Below are positions 9,686 to 20,540 of a stretch of 64,000 bases of DNA, in pieces. Each line of letters starts with the position of its first letter. Position 1 is the first letter of the stretch. Where the stretch lies: positions 49,432 to 113,431 of the forward strand of contig DAISJZ010000002.1 in the NCBI GenBank assembly GCA_036821145.1, given 5' to 3'. The translations under genes were made by a program, and so were the position numbers. The notes under the pieces were generated by a model. The model did not search any database and was not told where the DNA came from. It saw nothing but the letters and a program-made list of their open reading frames with translations. The stretch is from Spirochaetota bacterium. Lineage in GTDB: Bacteria > Spirochaetota > UBA4802 > UBA5550.

Positions 9686-10975
9686 CTATTTTCTTACAGG
9701 GGGATTATAATAACCAAGACGGATATGATTAAACTTTTCCTTTAACATACCGATAAGATTTCTTATCCCGACAGCATCTTCATCAGTAAAATTTATTTTT
9801 TCAAAAAAATAATCAGGATCAATATTCATATTTCTGGTTTGAATCATATTAACAGGAAATTTTTCCAGAAAACGGAACAGGCTTTCAGTTTCACTGATTG
9901 AATCTGTAAAACCCGGCATAAAAAAAAGATTTATTGAGACAAAAATACCGCGAGAAAGCGCAACATCAATAGTACGGAGAACATCAGAATAATTATAGCT
10001 TACCGGCCTATGATAGGAAGTATAATATTTCTCAGTAGGAGAATTCATACTGATCCGTATTGAATCAAGCCCTGAGTCTATCATTGCTGAAACACCATCC
10101 GGACGGGAACCGTTTGTATTCAGATTGATTGTTCCGACAGATGTTTTATCTCTCACCTGCGCTATTGCCCGGGCAAGATCGTTTGCTCTTAAAAGAGGTT
10201 CTCCTTCACAACCCTGACCGAAGCTTGCAACACTATTCTCAACCCTGTTGAAATGATGAATAATAATTTCTGAAATTTCTTCAGACGTAGGAGAAAAATT
10301 AAGCCTGAATTGAGACTGGCAGAATCCCGAAGATTCATGCTGATAAGAAAAACACCCGAGACAGTCCGCATTGCATGCAGGGCTTGAAGGCACAGGGCAT
10401 TCATACCTGCTGAGAAAAAAATTTCTTGCGCAAAGACAATTATATTCAGTTGAACATATACTTAATTGATTTACAAGTCTGTTCTCTGAATATTCAGATT
10501 TAATTTTTTTTACAGCCTTTTTCAATTCTTTATGATTCTCATGAATTTCAGGATCAGAACGGGGATCATCATCAATTCTAATCGCTGGAACATAGAAACG
10601 ATCTTTATCAATCACTAAACCTGCATAAGCCCACAATGGAAGGATTACTGCATTTTTTTTCTTTTTCACATAGGCAGGCAAATATGTTCTAAGGTAACCG
10701 GATGCAAGAAATGATGATACAGCATTCAGATCTTTCCCATCAGGAGACTTTTTTATAACATTAAATTTTCCATCAGAATAAGAGACAGGATATCTTTCAG
10801 GCAAAGTAAACAGGTAACTGCCATAAGGGAGAGGAATTAATTCTTTTTCATCTACCTGAACAAATCTGTGGCCGGATTTGAATGATGATTCCAAACCCGG
10901 ATAATCATACACGTTTCCTGAATCATCTGAAAAAGGGAGTAATCTGTTTTTTTTCTTAACTGAACTGCCGGACAT
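9686..10975 (-). CDS. Radical SAM protein with an uncharacterised ~190-aa N-terminal domain
   Basis: CX3CX2C motif in ACNADCLGCFSY, preceded by extra Cys residues (CSTEYNCLCARNFFLSRYECP). GQGCEGEPLL is glycine-rich SAM-binding-like. It ends 12 nt before the thioesterase gene. Confidence 0.8.
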   Translation of the reverse strand: MSGSSVKKKNRLLPFSDDSGNVYDYPGLESSFKSGHRFVQVDEKELIPLPYGSYLFTLPERYPVSYSDGKFNVIKKSPDGKDLNAVSSFLASGYLRTYLPAYVKKKKNAVILPLWAYAGLVIDKDRFYVPAIRIDDDPRSDPEIHENHKELKKAVKKIKSEYSENRLVNQLSICSTEYNCLCARNFFLSRYECPVPSSPACNADCLGCFSYQHESSGFCQSQFRLNFSPTSEEISEIIIHHFNRVENSVASFGQGCEGEPLLRANDLARAIAQVRDKTSVGTINLNTNGSRPDGVSAMIDSGLDSIRISMNSPTEKYYTSYHRPVSYNYSDVLRTIDVALSRGIFVSINLFFMPGFTDSISETESLFRFLEKFPVNMIQTRNMNIDPDYFFEKINFTDEDAVGIRNLIGMLKEKFNHIRLGYYNPPVRK

Positions 10976-11115
10976 TTAAACTCCTGAATTGTATATTGTT
11001 ATGATTTAATAAAAAGTCTTACCGGAGCGAACTGATAGTTATTCTGTTATTTTAGTTGTTTATTTATAATATCATCATGATAATAATGTATTCAAGAACG
11101 CATCAAAACCGTATT

Positions 11116-12186
11116 TCATTTTAAAACAGGTAATTCTGTAAACTGATTTATTAGGGACTTTAATTTTTTAGTATTTTCAGAAATCATACCATCTTTATAT
11201 AATTCAGAAATAACTGCTATACACGAACATCCCGAAATTAAAACCTCTTCAACATTTTCCGAATTAATTCCGCCAATTGCTACAACAGTTTTCCCGATTT
11301 TACTACATATCTCTTTAAGAACATCCGTACCAATACCATTAATATTAAAACCATTTTTTGACGATGTCTGAAAAACCGGTCCTATCGCAATATAATCAGC
11401 ATCCGAAATTAGGGCATCTTCAGCAGCATTGATTCCACCTGCTGAAAAACCTATTATTAAACTGTTTCCTGCGATCTTATTTATACCGGAAACGGGTAAA
11501 TCATCAGGTCCTAAGTGCACACCGTCAGCTTTTGAAAGGATAGCGATATCAACCCTGTCATTTATTATACTGACAACTCCCCGTTCCCTGCATGTTTTTA
11601 CGAAAGAAGTTGCATATTCAAGAAACTTACTATCATTAATATTTTTGATTCTTAATTGAATAATATCTGCACCGGAGTCTGATAATATTTCAGTAGTGAG
11701 GTCAATTTGTTCCAAAGGGACAAATGCCGAATCGATAATTGCATAAAGGGAATTTTTAAATTTTCCCAGTATTGAATGCTTAAGGATTATCGCTTCACCC
11801 TGTTGTTCAATATCATATATTTTAAATCGTATTTTCTGAAACTTTACTGATATATCAGGGTCGATCATTTTCGAAAATTCTTCAAGCACCCTTAATGCTT
11901 CAGCTGCTCTTCTTATATTTGCCCTGAATAAATCGATAGTCCCTTCTCTTCTTTTTTCCCCGGACGTATCAAAAAATTTCTGACTATCAGCATCTATATC
12001 TCTTGATGCAAGCAATTCAGTTCTGTCGATAAAACGTGATACTTCAGTTATATTGTGGCGTAATTTTTTTATCTCCTCTGAAACAATATTGCGGTAACTA
12101 AACCTGAAAATATCTTCACAGACACGGAGCCCTTCAATTGCCCTGTTTAAATTTGCATCAATTGCAGTCAATATAGTTTTATCCAT
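11116..12186 (-). CDS. thiE: Thiamine-phosphate synthase with a ~140-aa N-terminal helical extension
   Basis: C-terminal half carries IQLRIKN, IINDRVDIA, DGVHLGPDDLP, ADYIAIGPVFQTSSK and VVAIGGIN (ThiE signature blocks). Confidence 0.88.
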   Translation of the reverse strand: MDKTILTAIDANLNRAIEGLRVCEDIFRFSYRNIVSEEIKKLRHNITEVSRFIDRTELLASRDIDADSQKFFDTSGEKRREGTIDLFRANIRRAAEALRVLEEFSKMIDPDISVKFQKIRFKIYDIEQQGEAIILKHSILGKFKNSLYAIIDSAFVPLEQIDLTTEILSDSGADIIQLRIKNINDSKFLEYATSFVKTCRERGVVSIINDRVDIAILSKADGVHLGPDDLPVSGINKIAGNSLIIGFSAGGINAAEDALISDADYIAIGPVFQTSSKNGFNINGIGTDVLKEICSKIGKTVVAIGGINSENVEEVLISGCSCIAVISELYKDGMISENTKKLKSLINQFTELPVLK

Positions 12187-12249
12187 TTAAAGCTCTCCGG
12201 AGACTTGTCCAATAAAATATTGTTAGAAAGTATCATGTAAGAAATATAC

Positions 12250-12978
12250 TTAAGACCATTCATATATTACTATTGACGGTATTACCAGAGCTGCTGTTTC
12301 CGCGCGAAGATGAGTAGCTCCCAGATTTACCGGGATCCATTCATTTTTTTGAGCCTCAGAAATTTCCTTTTCGCTGAATCCGCCTTCGGGACCTATCAGT
12401 ATTGAAATAAACTTTCTATTTATTGTCGTTCCCAGTATATTTTTAATCTGAATATCAGCTCCGGGATGGCATATTATTTTCAAATCTTTAACATCTTCAG
12501 TAATAACGTCTTTAAATGTCATAGGAGATTCAATAAAAGCGGGAGATACCCTTAGACACTGTTTACAGGCCTCGTTAGTTATTTTCTCCCATCTTTCAAG
12601 TTTACCTGCATTCATTTTTAAAGGATCGGGAATTGTTCGTTCAGTAACTACAGGGACAATACGGCTTACACCAAGTTCAACAGTTTTTTGAATTACAAAT
12701 TCGAAATTCCCCCCCTTCAGTAATGCCATGTAGAGTGTTATTTCAGGTATAGAATTATCATTTTTATATTCGTTAATAATTTTTGCATGAATACCAGCCG
12801 GTGTTATATCCTCCACCTTTGCTATAAAACCTCTTCCATCATCAGCTCTAAGTATAATCTTTACACCAGGCTTAACTCTTCTAACACGGGAAAGATGGTA
12901 GCTGTCACTACCTGTAATCAATACGTTGTCATTTGTAATATTTTCGATGTTAATAAAAAACTGAGGCAAGTCATTCAC
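12250..12978 (-). CDS. rsmE: 16S rRNA (uracil1498-N3)-methyltransferase
   Basis: FFI...VLITGSDSYHLSRVRRVKPG at the N-terminus, and ILIGPEGGFSEKEI...LGATHLRAETAAL at the C-terminus (RsmE SPOUT motif). Confidence 0.9.
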   Translation of the reverse strand: MNDLPQFFINIENITNDNVLITGSDSYHLSRVRRVKPGVKIILRADDGRGFIAKVEDITPAGIHAKIINEYKNDNSIPEITLYMALLKGGNFEFVIQKTVELGVSRIVPVVTERTIPDPLKMNAGKLERWEKITNEACKQCLRVSPAFIESPMTFKDVITEDVKDLKIICHPGADIQIKNILGTTINRKFISILIGPEGGFSEKEISEAQKNEWIPVNLGATHLRAETAALVIPSIVIYEWS

Positions 12979-13732
12979 CTAATTTTTCAGGCCGGAATAT
13001 TTCATTCTGAAATTTCACATTATTTTCAAACTTTGAAAAGCTAAGAATAGTTACAGTTCCATCTTTAATATTGAGCATATCATAACGAAGCGGGATTGCT
13101 CTATCACCATTTTCCATAATTTTTGCCAAAGTCATAAATTTAAAAATAACCTTATCTCTATCATGAAAATCTATTCTCAGGGGATGGTATTTTTCGACAG
13201 ATACATACATTGTAAGAGCCCCATACGTACTCTCTGGGTATAGCGGTTCAAGATATAACCTGTAACAGTCAACCCCTTTAATTACAGTCCGCCCTGTAAT
13301 TCTTGCATTATAATTACTCTGGTAATCAGAATTGGAAAGATCAATAAATGAAAAATTAGTAGCCGCAAGAAGATCATATTTATCAACACCCATTTTATGA
13401 AAAAGCTTGAGCGCGTGAATGTTATAAACCCATATATCCTCTCCGGCCATATTGTACAGCACCTTAAGACTCTCTCCCCGTGTGATACTGCTGAAATGGA
13501 ATAAAAAATCATTCCTGGAAATTTTACCTTTAAAATCAACAGTAAATGAATTACCATCGGGAAAAATATGTTTCATTCTGCCCTGAAGTTCACCAACAGG
13601 ATACTGCATAATTCTGTCAACTCTTGCGAGAATACTCTGCGCCGTTATTTCAACAGTTTCTTTATCCTGTGCTTCAGCTGCACAACAAAAGAAAACAAAA
13701 ATAATCTGAAATACGTTAAATTTTAATCTCAT
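12971..13732 (-). CDS. Outer-membrane lipoprotein-sorting protein (LolA-like fold family)
   Basis: Signal peptide MRLKFNVFQIIFVFFCCAAEAQ. The rest resembles the LolA_like 'outer membrane lipoprotein-sorting protein' family (ILARVDRIM...DIWVYN...CYRLYLEP...). It overlaps the rsmE start by 8 nt. Confidence 0.7.
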   Translation of the reverse strand: MRLKFNVFQIIFVFFCCAAEAQDKETVEITAQSILARVDRIMQYPVGELQGRMKHIFPDGNSFTVDFKGKISRNDFLFHFSSITRGESLKVLYNMAGEDIWVYNIHALKLFHKMGVDKYDLLAATNFSFIDLSNSDYQSNYNARITGRTVIKGVDCYRLYLEPLYPESTYGALTMYVSVEKYHPLRIDFHDRDKVIFKFMTLAKIMENGDRAIPLRYDMLNIKDGTVTILSFSKFENNVKFQNEIFRPEKLGE

Positions 13733-13746
13733 AACTTTATTTAATT

Positions 13747-14520
13747 TCAGTGCGCTTTTCGCCTCATAAAAAGTCCGGTAAAATATGGAAGTAATATTTT
13801 GCTTTCATGCATTCCATATAACTCAGTAAAAACCGCTCTATTCTCTTCAATGAAAGTTAAAGGATTAAAGTTGGCGATTCCGCAAATGCCTTTTACATGC
13901 TCAAGCATGAGATCAATATCATATTCAAATGATTCGACTTTACCTTTTATGAATGCAAAATCTTTAAGATTGAGAAAAGTTTTTAAATCATCTTTTATGT
14001 AATAATCATTATGGATAGGAAAGATTCCCCTTATAAAATCATCAAAGACTCCATCTATATCATCGTCATCAAGGACAATGCCGGCGAAGAAAAGATGCCC
14101 GTCAAATTGTAACGCCCGCCGGAATTCATCAACAACAGGTGCAGTTTCCTGAACATCCAGATTATCAATCGCAATAATGAGATCTGCGGCATAGTAATCT
14201 ATAGGGAGTTTTCTAAAATCACCATTAATAAATCCGACATCTTTCAATTTTTCATTCCCGGCGTTTTCAGAAATAAAATTTTCCATTATTTTCAGCGAAG
14301 GTTCCACTACCACCAGGGTTACACCCTGTAATTCATTTACAAGATCAAGAAGCACTCTGCCGTTTCCCAGCCCCGCTTTTACTATTACCTTCGGGTTGAA
14401 TGTTTTGATCACATCCCGGATTTTCTCTATGACCATCTCATGCCGTGAGTCAGGTTCAACAAAATACTTTTTATCGAACTCATATATACTCCATTCCTGG
14501 AGCTTCTTTAATCTCTCCAT
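13747..14520 (-). CDS. Class I SAM-dependent methyltransferase
   Basis: Motif I-like VIVKAGLGNGRVLLDL and an acidic loop VVVEPS. ATG 14520 (MERLKKLQEW) has AGGA upstream and is preferred over the track start 14580. Confidence 0.7.
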   Translation of the reverse strand: MERLKKLQEWSIYEFDKKYFVEPDSRHEMVIEKIRDVIKTFNPKVIVKAGLGNGRVLLDLVNELQGVTLVVVEPSLKIMENFISENAGNEKLKDVGFINGDFRKLPIDYYAADLIIAIDNLDVQETAPVVDEFRRALQFDGHLFFAGIVLDDDDIDGVFDDFIRGIFPIHNDYYIKDDLKTFLNLKDFAFIKGKVESFEYDIDLMLEHVKGICGIANFNPLTFIEENRAVFTELYGMHESKILLPYFTGLFMRRKAH

Positions 14521-14692
14521 CTTTATTCCTGTTAGATTATTATTAGACCTGCTGTAATTCAAAACAGAATTCAGCAACAACTTTATTCAATGTGTTTACT
14601 AAATAATACCGATGTCAAATATATTCAATTAAAAATATAGATAATAATGAAAAAAGAACAACAAAAGAATAATCTATATCTAAGAATTATTA

Positions 14693-14720
14693 TTGACACT
14701 TACCCGCATGCAAATTTAAT
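14693..14720 (+). promoter_or_regulatory. Candidate sigma70-type promoter for thiC (TTGACA-N16-TTTAAT)
   Basis: TTGACA at 14693-14698 and TTTAAT at 14715-14720, about 85 nt upstream of the thiC ATG. Motif match only. Confidence 0.35.
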
Positions 14721-14805
14721 ACCCAGATAATGCCCCAAAAATCATTATTACTGTTCCACAGCTTAACGGAACAATCATCTTAATTATATCAGGACAAAAA
14801 AATTT

Positions 14806-16071
14806 ATGAATATATTTTCTCAGGCAAAAAACGGAATAATTTCTGACGAAGTAAAATCAGTCGCTTCGGCAGAATCACTACCGGTTTCAACCGTACTTAA
14901 AGACTTCGCAGAAGGCCGCATAACAATTCTCAGAAACAACCGGAGAAATATTACACCTGTAGGTGTCGGGAAAGGCCTTAGTACAAAAATTAATGCTAAT
15001 ATTGGAACTTCTCCGGATCTTTTCAGTCTTGAAAACGAAATGCTGAAATTAAAAGCGGCAGTTGATAACGGAGCAAATGCCATCATGGATCTCAGCACAG
15101 GGGGAGACCTCACATTTTTCAGAAAAAAAATTCTGGAGAATTCTCCGGTACCACTCGGTACAGTGCCGATCTATGAAGCCGCTGTTAGAATGGTTGCCCG
15201 GAAAAAGTCGATGGTTGAGATGAGTATAAATGATTTCCTTCAAATCATTCAGGATCAGGCTGAAGAAGGTGTCGATTTCATGACTATTCATTCCGGTGTG
15301 ACAAGATCTTCTATTGAATCATTAAAATCCCAGGAAAGAATAACAGGTATAACAAGCCGCGGCGGTTCAATACTTGCTGAATGGATGAATTTTAACAAAA
15401 AAGAAAATCCCCTTTATGAATACTACGATGATATACTTGATATATTAGCTCCTTTTAATGTTACAATCAGCCTTGGTGACGGATTAAGACCAGGTTCAGT
15501 TCATGATGCAAATGACAGGGGACAGATTCATGAAATGATACTTCTGGGTGAACTGGCCAGAAGGGCAAGAGAAAAGAATGTCCAGGTAATAATAGAAGGA
15601 CCCGGGCATATGCCTCTTGATATGATTGCTGACAACATCAGGCTTGAAAAAAAGCTTTGCGACGAGGCTCCTTATTATGTGTTAGGCCCTCTTGTTACAG
15701 ACGTTGCACCCGGATACGATCATATCACCGGGGCAATCGGTGGTGCTATTGCTGCTGCAGCAGGTGCAGACTTTCTCTGTTATGTAACACCCGCAGAACA
15801 CTTAAGACTCCCGGATTCTGACGATGTAAGGGAAGGTGTTATTGCTTCAAGGATAGCAGCACACGCTGCAGATATAGTTAAACTCGGTAAAAAAGCAAGA
15901 AGCTGGGACGACCGGATGTCTTCCGCGAGAAAACAGCGAGACTGGAAGGAGATGTACGATAACGCTCTTGACAGAAAGAAAGCGGTAGCATATAGAGAGA
16001 CTATACCTTCAGGGGAAGACGATCAATGTTCAATGTGCGGAGAGTTCTGCGCGATGAAAAGACAATACTAA
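14806..16071 (+). CDS. thiC: Phosphomethylpyrimidine synthase (short anaerobe-type ThiC)
   Basis: Highly conserved blocks [56 protein letters not shown] and the C-terminal [11 protein letters not shown] Fe-S motif. Confidence 0.96.
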   Translation: [421 protein letters not shown]

Positions 16072-16084
16072 GAGGAGTGGCCCC

Positions 16085-16903
16085 ATGTCTGATGATTCCC
16101 ATTTTTACGATTCCTATAAAGAAGACAGAGATATAATACTTGAGTATAACCAGATATCCCTTGAGGATGCTGGTTTTGTCAACATTCTTGATATCGGGAT
16201 CGATAATATAACAAGGCAGCAGGCTGTTTTTAAAGTATTAAAAATGATCGAGGAAAAGGGTGTCCACCATGTAATGACCCTTAACCCGTACAAAATAGGT
16301 AAGATAAAATCCAATAATGACCTGAGGCTGATTTGTGACAGAGCGGATCTTCGCCTTGCCTCAGGAGCAGGCATTCAGTGGGCAGCCAGGATGCTTAAAA
16401 CCCCGATTAAAGAAAGAATTGCTGTACTCAGTTTTATGATGGAAGTTATCCGTCTGGCAGAAATTAAAGAGTACAGCATTTTCCTTGTTGGCGGCAAACC
16501 TGAAATTGCTGAAAGATCTTTTTTTAATATAAAGAAGTCTTTCCCTGATATAAGGATCGTCGGCCGGCATGGCGGTTATTTTGATGCTGAAAGAGAGAAA
16601 TCGGTAATTGAAGCCATAAGAAAATCTGAAGCAAATATCATATTTGTAGGACTTGGATTTCCCAAAGAAGATAAATGGATTAATAGTATACGTCATGAAT
16701 TTAAAAACGCGGTTTTTATAAGTGTAGGCGGAAGTTTTGATACTATATCCGGTGATGTGAGAAAAGCTCCGAATTACTTCATGGAAAACGGACTGGACTG
16801 GTTCTACAGAATAATATCCAAGCCATGGAGATACCTGAGACTCTTAAGACTTGCTTTATTTTTCCTCTCAGTGGTATTCAGAAGAATTTTTAAACGAAAA
16901 TAA
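16085..16903 (+). CDS. WecB/TagA/CpsF family glycosyltransferase
   Basis: FLVGGKPEIAE, IRIVGRHGGYF, IIFVGLGFPKEDKWI and ISVGGSFD are typical of the family. It begins 13 nt after thiC. Confidence 0.85.
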   Translation: MSDDSHFYDSYKEDRDIILEYNQISLEDAGFVNILDIGIDNITRQQAVFKVLKMIEEKGVHHVMTLNPYKIGKIKSNNDLRLICDRADLRLASGAGIQWAARMLKTPIKERIAVLSFMMEVIRLAEIKEYSIFLVGGKPEIAERSFFNIKKSFPDIRIVGRHGGYFDAEREKSVIEAIRKSEANIIFVGLGFPKEDKWINSIRHEFKNAVFISVGGSFDTISGDVRKAPNYFMENGLDWFYRIISKPWRYLRLLRLALFFLSVVFRRIFKRK

Positions 16904-16905
16904 AA

Positions 16906-16932
16906 TAAAAAACCCGGGTTACCGGGATTTTT
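16906..16932. terminator. Bidirectional rho-independent terminator
   Basis: aaaaaa-cccgg-gtta-ccggg-attttt, between the convergent wecB-like gene and the small zinc-ribbon gene. Confidence 0.7.
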
Positions 16933-16933
16933 A

Positions 16934-17149
16934 TTATTTTTCGAAATCATTGATTCCTGCAGAAGTATTTCTCGCTATATCAAGTTCTTTTTTTGTTACA
17001 CTGCATCTTCCTAATGTAAAACCTTTGAGTTCAGATCTGTTTTTACATGTTCTGCAGGATACAATAGCACCCTCATTAGTCCATTCATTGATCTCGACAT
17101 ATCTTGAACCGCAGCGCCTGCAGAAAATAACTGAAACAAATTCGCCCAT
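16934..17149 (-). CDS. Small zinc-ribbon protein (71 aa), hypothetical
   Basis: CRRCGS...(17 aa)...CRTCKN four-Cys ribbon. It starts 12 nt after the GAF-PP2C gene stop, and the terminator lies immediately downstream. It is preferred over the overlapping low-complexity + ORF 16851-17165. Confidence 0.6.
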   Translation of the reverse strand: MGEFVSVIFCRRCGSRYVEINEWTNEGAIVSCRTCKNRSELKGFTLGRCSVTKKELDIARNTSAGINDFEK

Positions 17150-17161
17150 GGGAACCTCTTC

Positions 17162-18448
17162 CTAAACCATGAATGCAACAATGGATAGATCTTTTCTTCG
17201 TTCAGCACACCCTGTATAATTGTCAGCGTACTTTATCAGGGATTCAATAACAATATCAGGTTCTCCGGCGTTTTTTTCAAGAAACCGGATTATACCCTGA
17301 AGTCCAAGTTCTCTGCCGTTTGAATTTTTCAGTTCAGTTATTCCTCCGGATAAAACAACAAATAAATCTTTTTTCTCAAGACTGAAATCAATATTTGTAG
17401 CGAAAAATTTATTACAGCCAAGCCCTCCCCCTGCCCTGTCAGCGAATCTGAGATAAAAAACTTTGTTATTTCTTATTAGAAGAGGGTAACAATCACCTGA
17501 ATTGACAAATTTTAATTTTCTGTTTTTCGAGTCGATACTGGCAATAAAAAGAGAGATACCCTCACTGCATTTTAAATCAGCATTGCAGAGATTATTAACT
17601 CTGTTTATAATCTCTTCCGGATCATACACATCAAGCTCAATCATTGCCCTGATTATTCCGGAAAGTGTTGAAGCTCTCATCGCCCCGGGTATACCTTTGT
17701 TGTTAAGATTGCCAAGAGTGATCAGGTATCTGGCATCGTTAAATTCTCTGACAAGATGAAATGCACCTCCAACTTCCCGCGCAGGTATGGATTTTGCAGC
17801 AGCTGAAAAATAACCGTCTTTAATATTGATATGCGGAGCGAGCGAATTGTGTATAACCTGAGCTGCTTTAAGCTCACTTGTCAGCCTCTCCTCTTCAATG
17901 GCTTTTTGAAAAAAAATCGCATTCTGAACTGCAAGAGCTGCCTGATTTGCGAATATCCTGAAAAGGGACATATCATTTTCATCAAACTTATCACGCCCTA
18001 CAGGGTTTATGGCCTGTATTACACCCAGAAGCTTGCCTTTAAACAATAGCGGAGAGCAGAGAATAGCCCTTGTGAGAAAACCGGTACTTTTATCATACAT
18101 AGGGTCAAACCGGTGATCATTATATACATCATTGGCAATTATATCCTTACGGTTCTGTGCCACCCAACCGGCGATCCCCTGACCGGGACGCACTCTGTAT
18201 TTTTCCATCAATTCATCACCGGCTTCACCAAGAGCTACTTTAAAAACCAGCTCCCGCTTTTCTTCGTCAAACAGAAGTAAAGAACTGGCTTCAGTACTCA
18301 TTATATCCTTAATCATCTCCATAACAATAGATAAAAGCCGGTTGATATTAAGTGTTGAATTAATAATTCCATTGATCTCAACAAGTTTAGACAGGTTTTC
18401 AACCTGTCTTTCAAGATATTCAAGTCTGTTATTCTGATTATTTTCCAT
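17162..18448 (-). CDS. GAF domain-containing PP2C/SpoIIE-family protein phosphatase
   Basis: N-terminal GAF (ASSLLLFDEEKRELVFKVALGEAG...GQGIAGWVAQN). C-terminal SpoIIE-like half (GGAFHLV..., LFIASID, FVVLSGGITE, DLSIVAF). Confidence 0.85.
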   Translation of the reverse strand: MENNQNNRLEYLERQVENLSKLVEINGIINSTLNINRLLSIVMEMIKDIMSTEASSLLLFDEEKRELVFKVALGEAGDELMEKYRVRPGQGIAGWVAQNRKDIIANDVYNDHRFDPMYDKSTGFLTRAILCSPLLFKGKLLGVIQAINPVGRDKFDENDMSLFRIFANQAALAVQNAIFFQKAIEEERLTSELKAAQVIHNSLAPHINIKDGYFSAAAKSIPAREVGGAFHLVREFNDARYLITLGNLNNKGIPGAMRASTLSGIIRAMIELDVYDPEEIINRVNNLCNADLKCSEGISLFIASIDSKNRKLKFVNSGDCYPLLIRNNKVFYLRFADRAGGGLGCNKFFATNIDFSLEKKDLFVVLSGGITELKNSNGRELGLQGIIRFLEKNAGEPDIVIESLIKYADNYTGCAERRKDLSIVAFMV

Positions 18449-18506
18449 ATATTAATCAGAATAACTCTATTTCAATACATGTCAATTATATTTCACCGGA
18501 ATGGAT

Positions 18507-20147
<1,641 letters not shown>

Positions 20148-20540
20148 TTACCTGCTCACATGTAATATTTAATGTCATTTTAGTCTGAAATTAAGCAGTG
20201 TAAACTAAAAATACCTATTTAAGCAGTCATATACACCGGTTTTAATAACGATTATGTTAAATTTTCATTAATCAATAAATCAAATTCTTTGTTAAGTATT
20301 TATTTCCTTCAATTCAGTAAATATTACTTTTTAATGTTTCAAATTCAATATTTTTCCCTTACTTTAAAGTTCTATTACCTCTGACGCCGAAGGCGGCAGA
20401 GATATATAAATTATTACTTTGCAGTAAAAGAAATTTTTAGGTATTATGAGTGTTTTTTATTATCTTTTACTTAATGCTTAACTAAATGAAAACATGTCTT
20501 GACATAATATCAGGAATAACTAAAATTATATCAGCTATAA

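Noticed and set aside
14681-14740. Possible TPP riboswitch upstream of thiC. The leader contains CUAAGA...UACCCGCAU...CCAGAUAAUGCC, which resembles CUGAGA...UACCCGUAU...CUGGAUAAUGCCAG of the TPP aptamer.
   Set aside because: The helices cannot form. There is no upstream GGG run to pair with ACCC (P2), and CAG/CCC flanking AUAAUG cannot make P5. The UGAGA core is mutated, and the TTGACA of a plausible promoter lies inside the would-be aptamer. I treat the 9-mer identity as chance. A covariance-model scan (Rfam RF00059) would settle it.
16851-17165. 104-aa + strand ORF spanning the terminator and the zinc-ribbon gene region.
   Set aside because: It runs through the bidirectional terminator and has a low-complexity product. 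The minus-strand 71-aa ORF has a four-Cys ribbon and operon-consistent spacing.
20383-20396. GACGCCGAAGGC within the pyrG/pilZ spacer, which resembles the GACGCAAAGCC segment of the c-di-GMP-I (GEMM-I) riboswitch. This was tempting because a PilZ gene follows.
   Set aside because: The rest of the aptamer (GGCAAAC tetraloop-receptor half and the P1/P2 helices) is absent from the surrounding A/T-rich sequence. The segment is better explained as one arm and loop of a simple palindrome.
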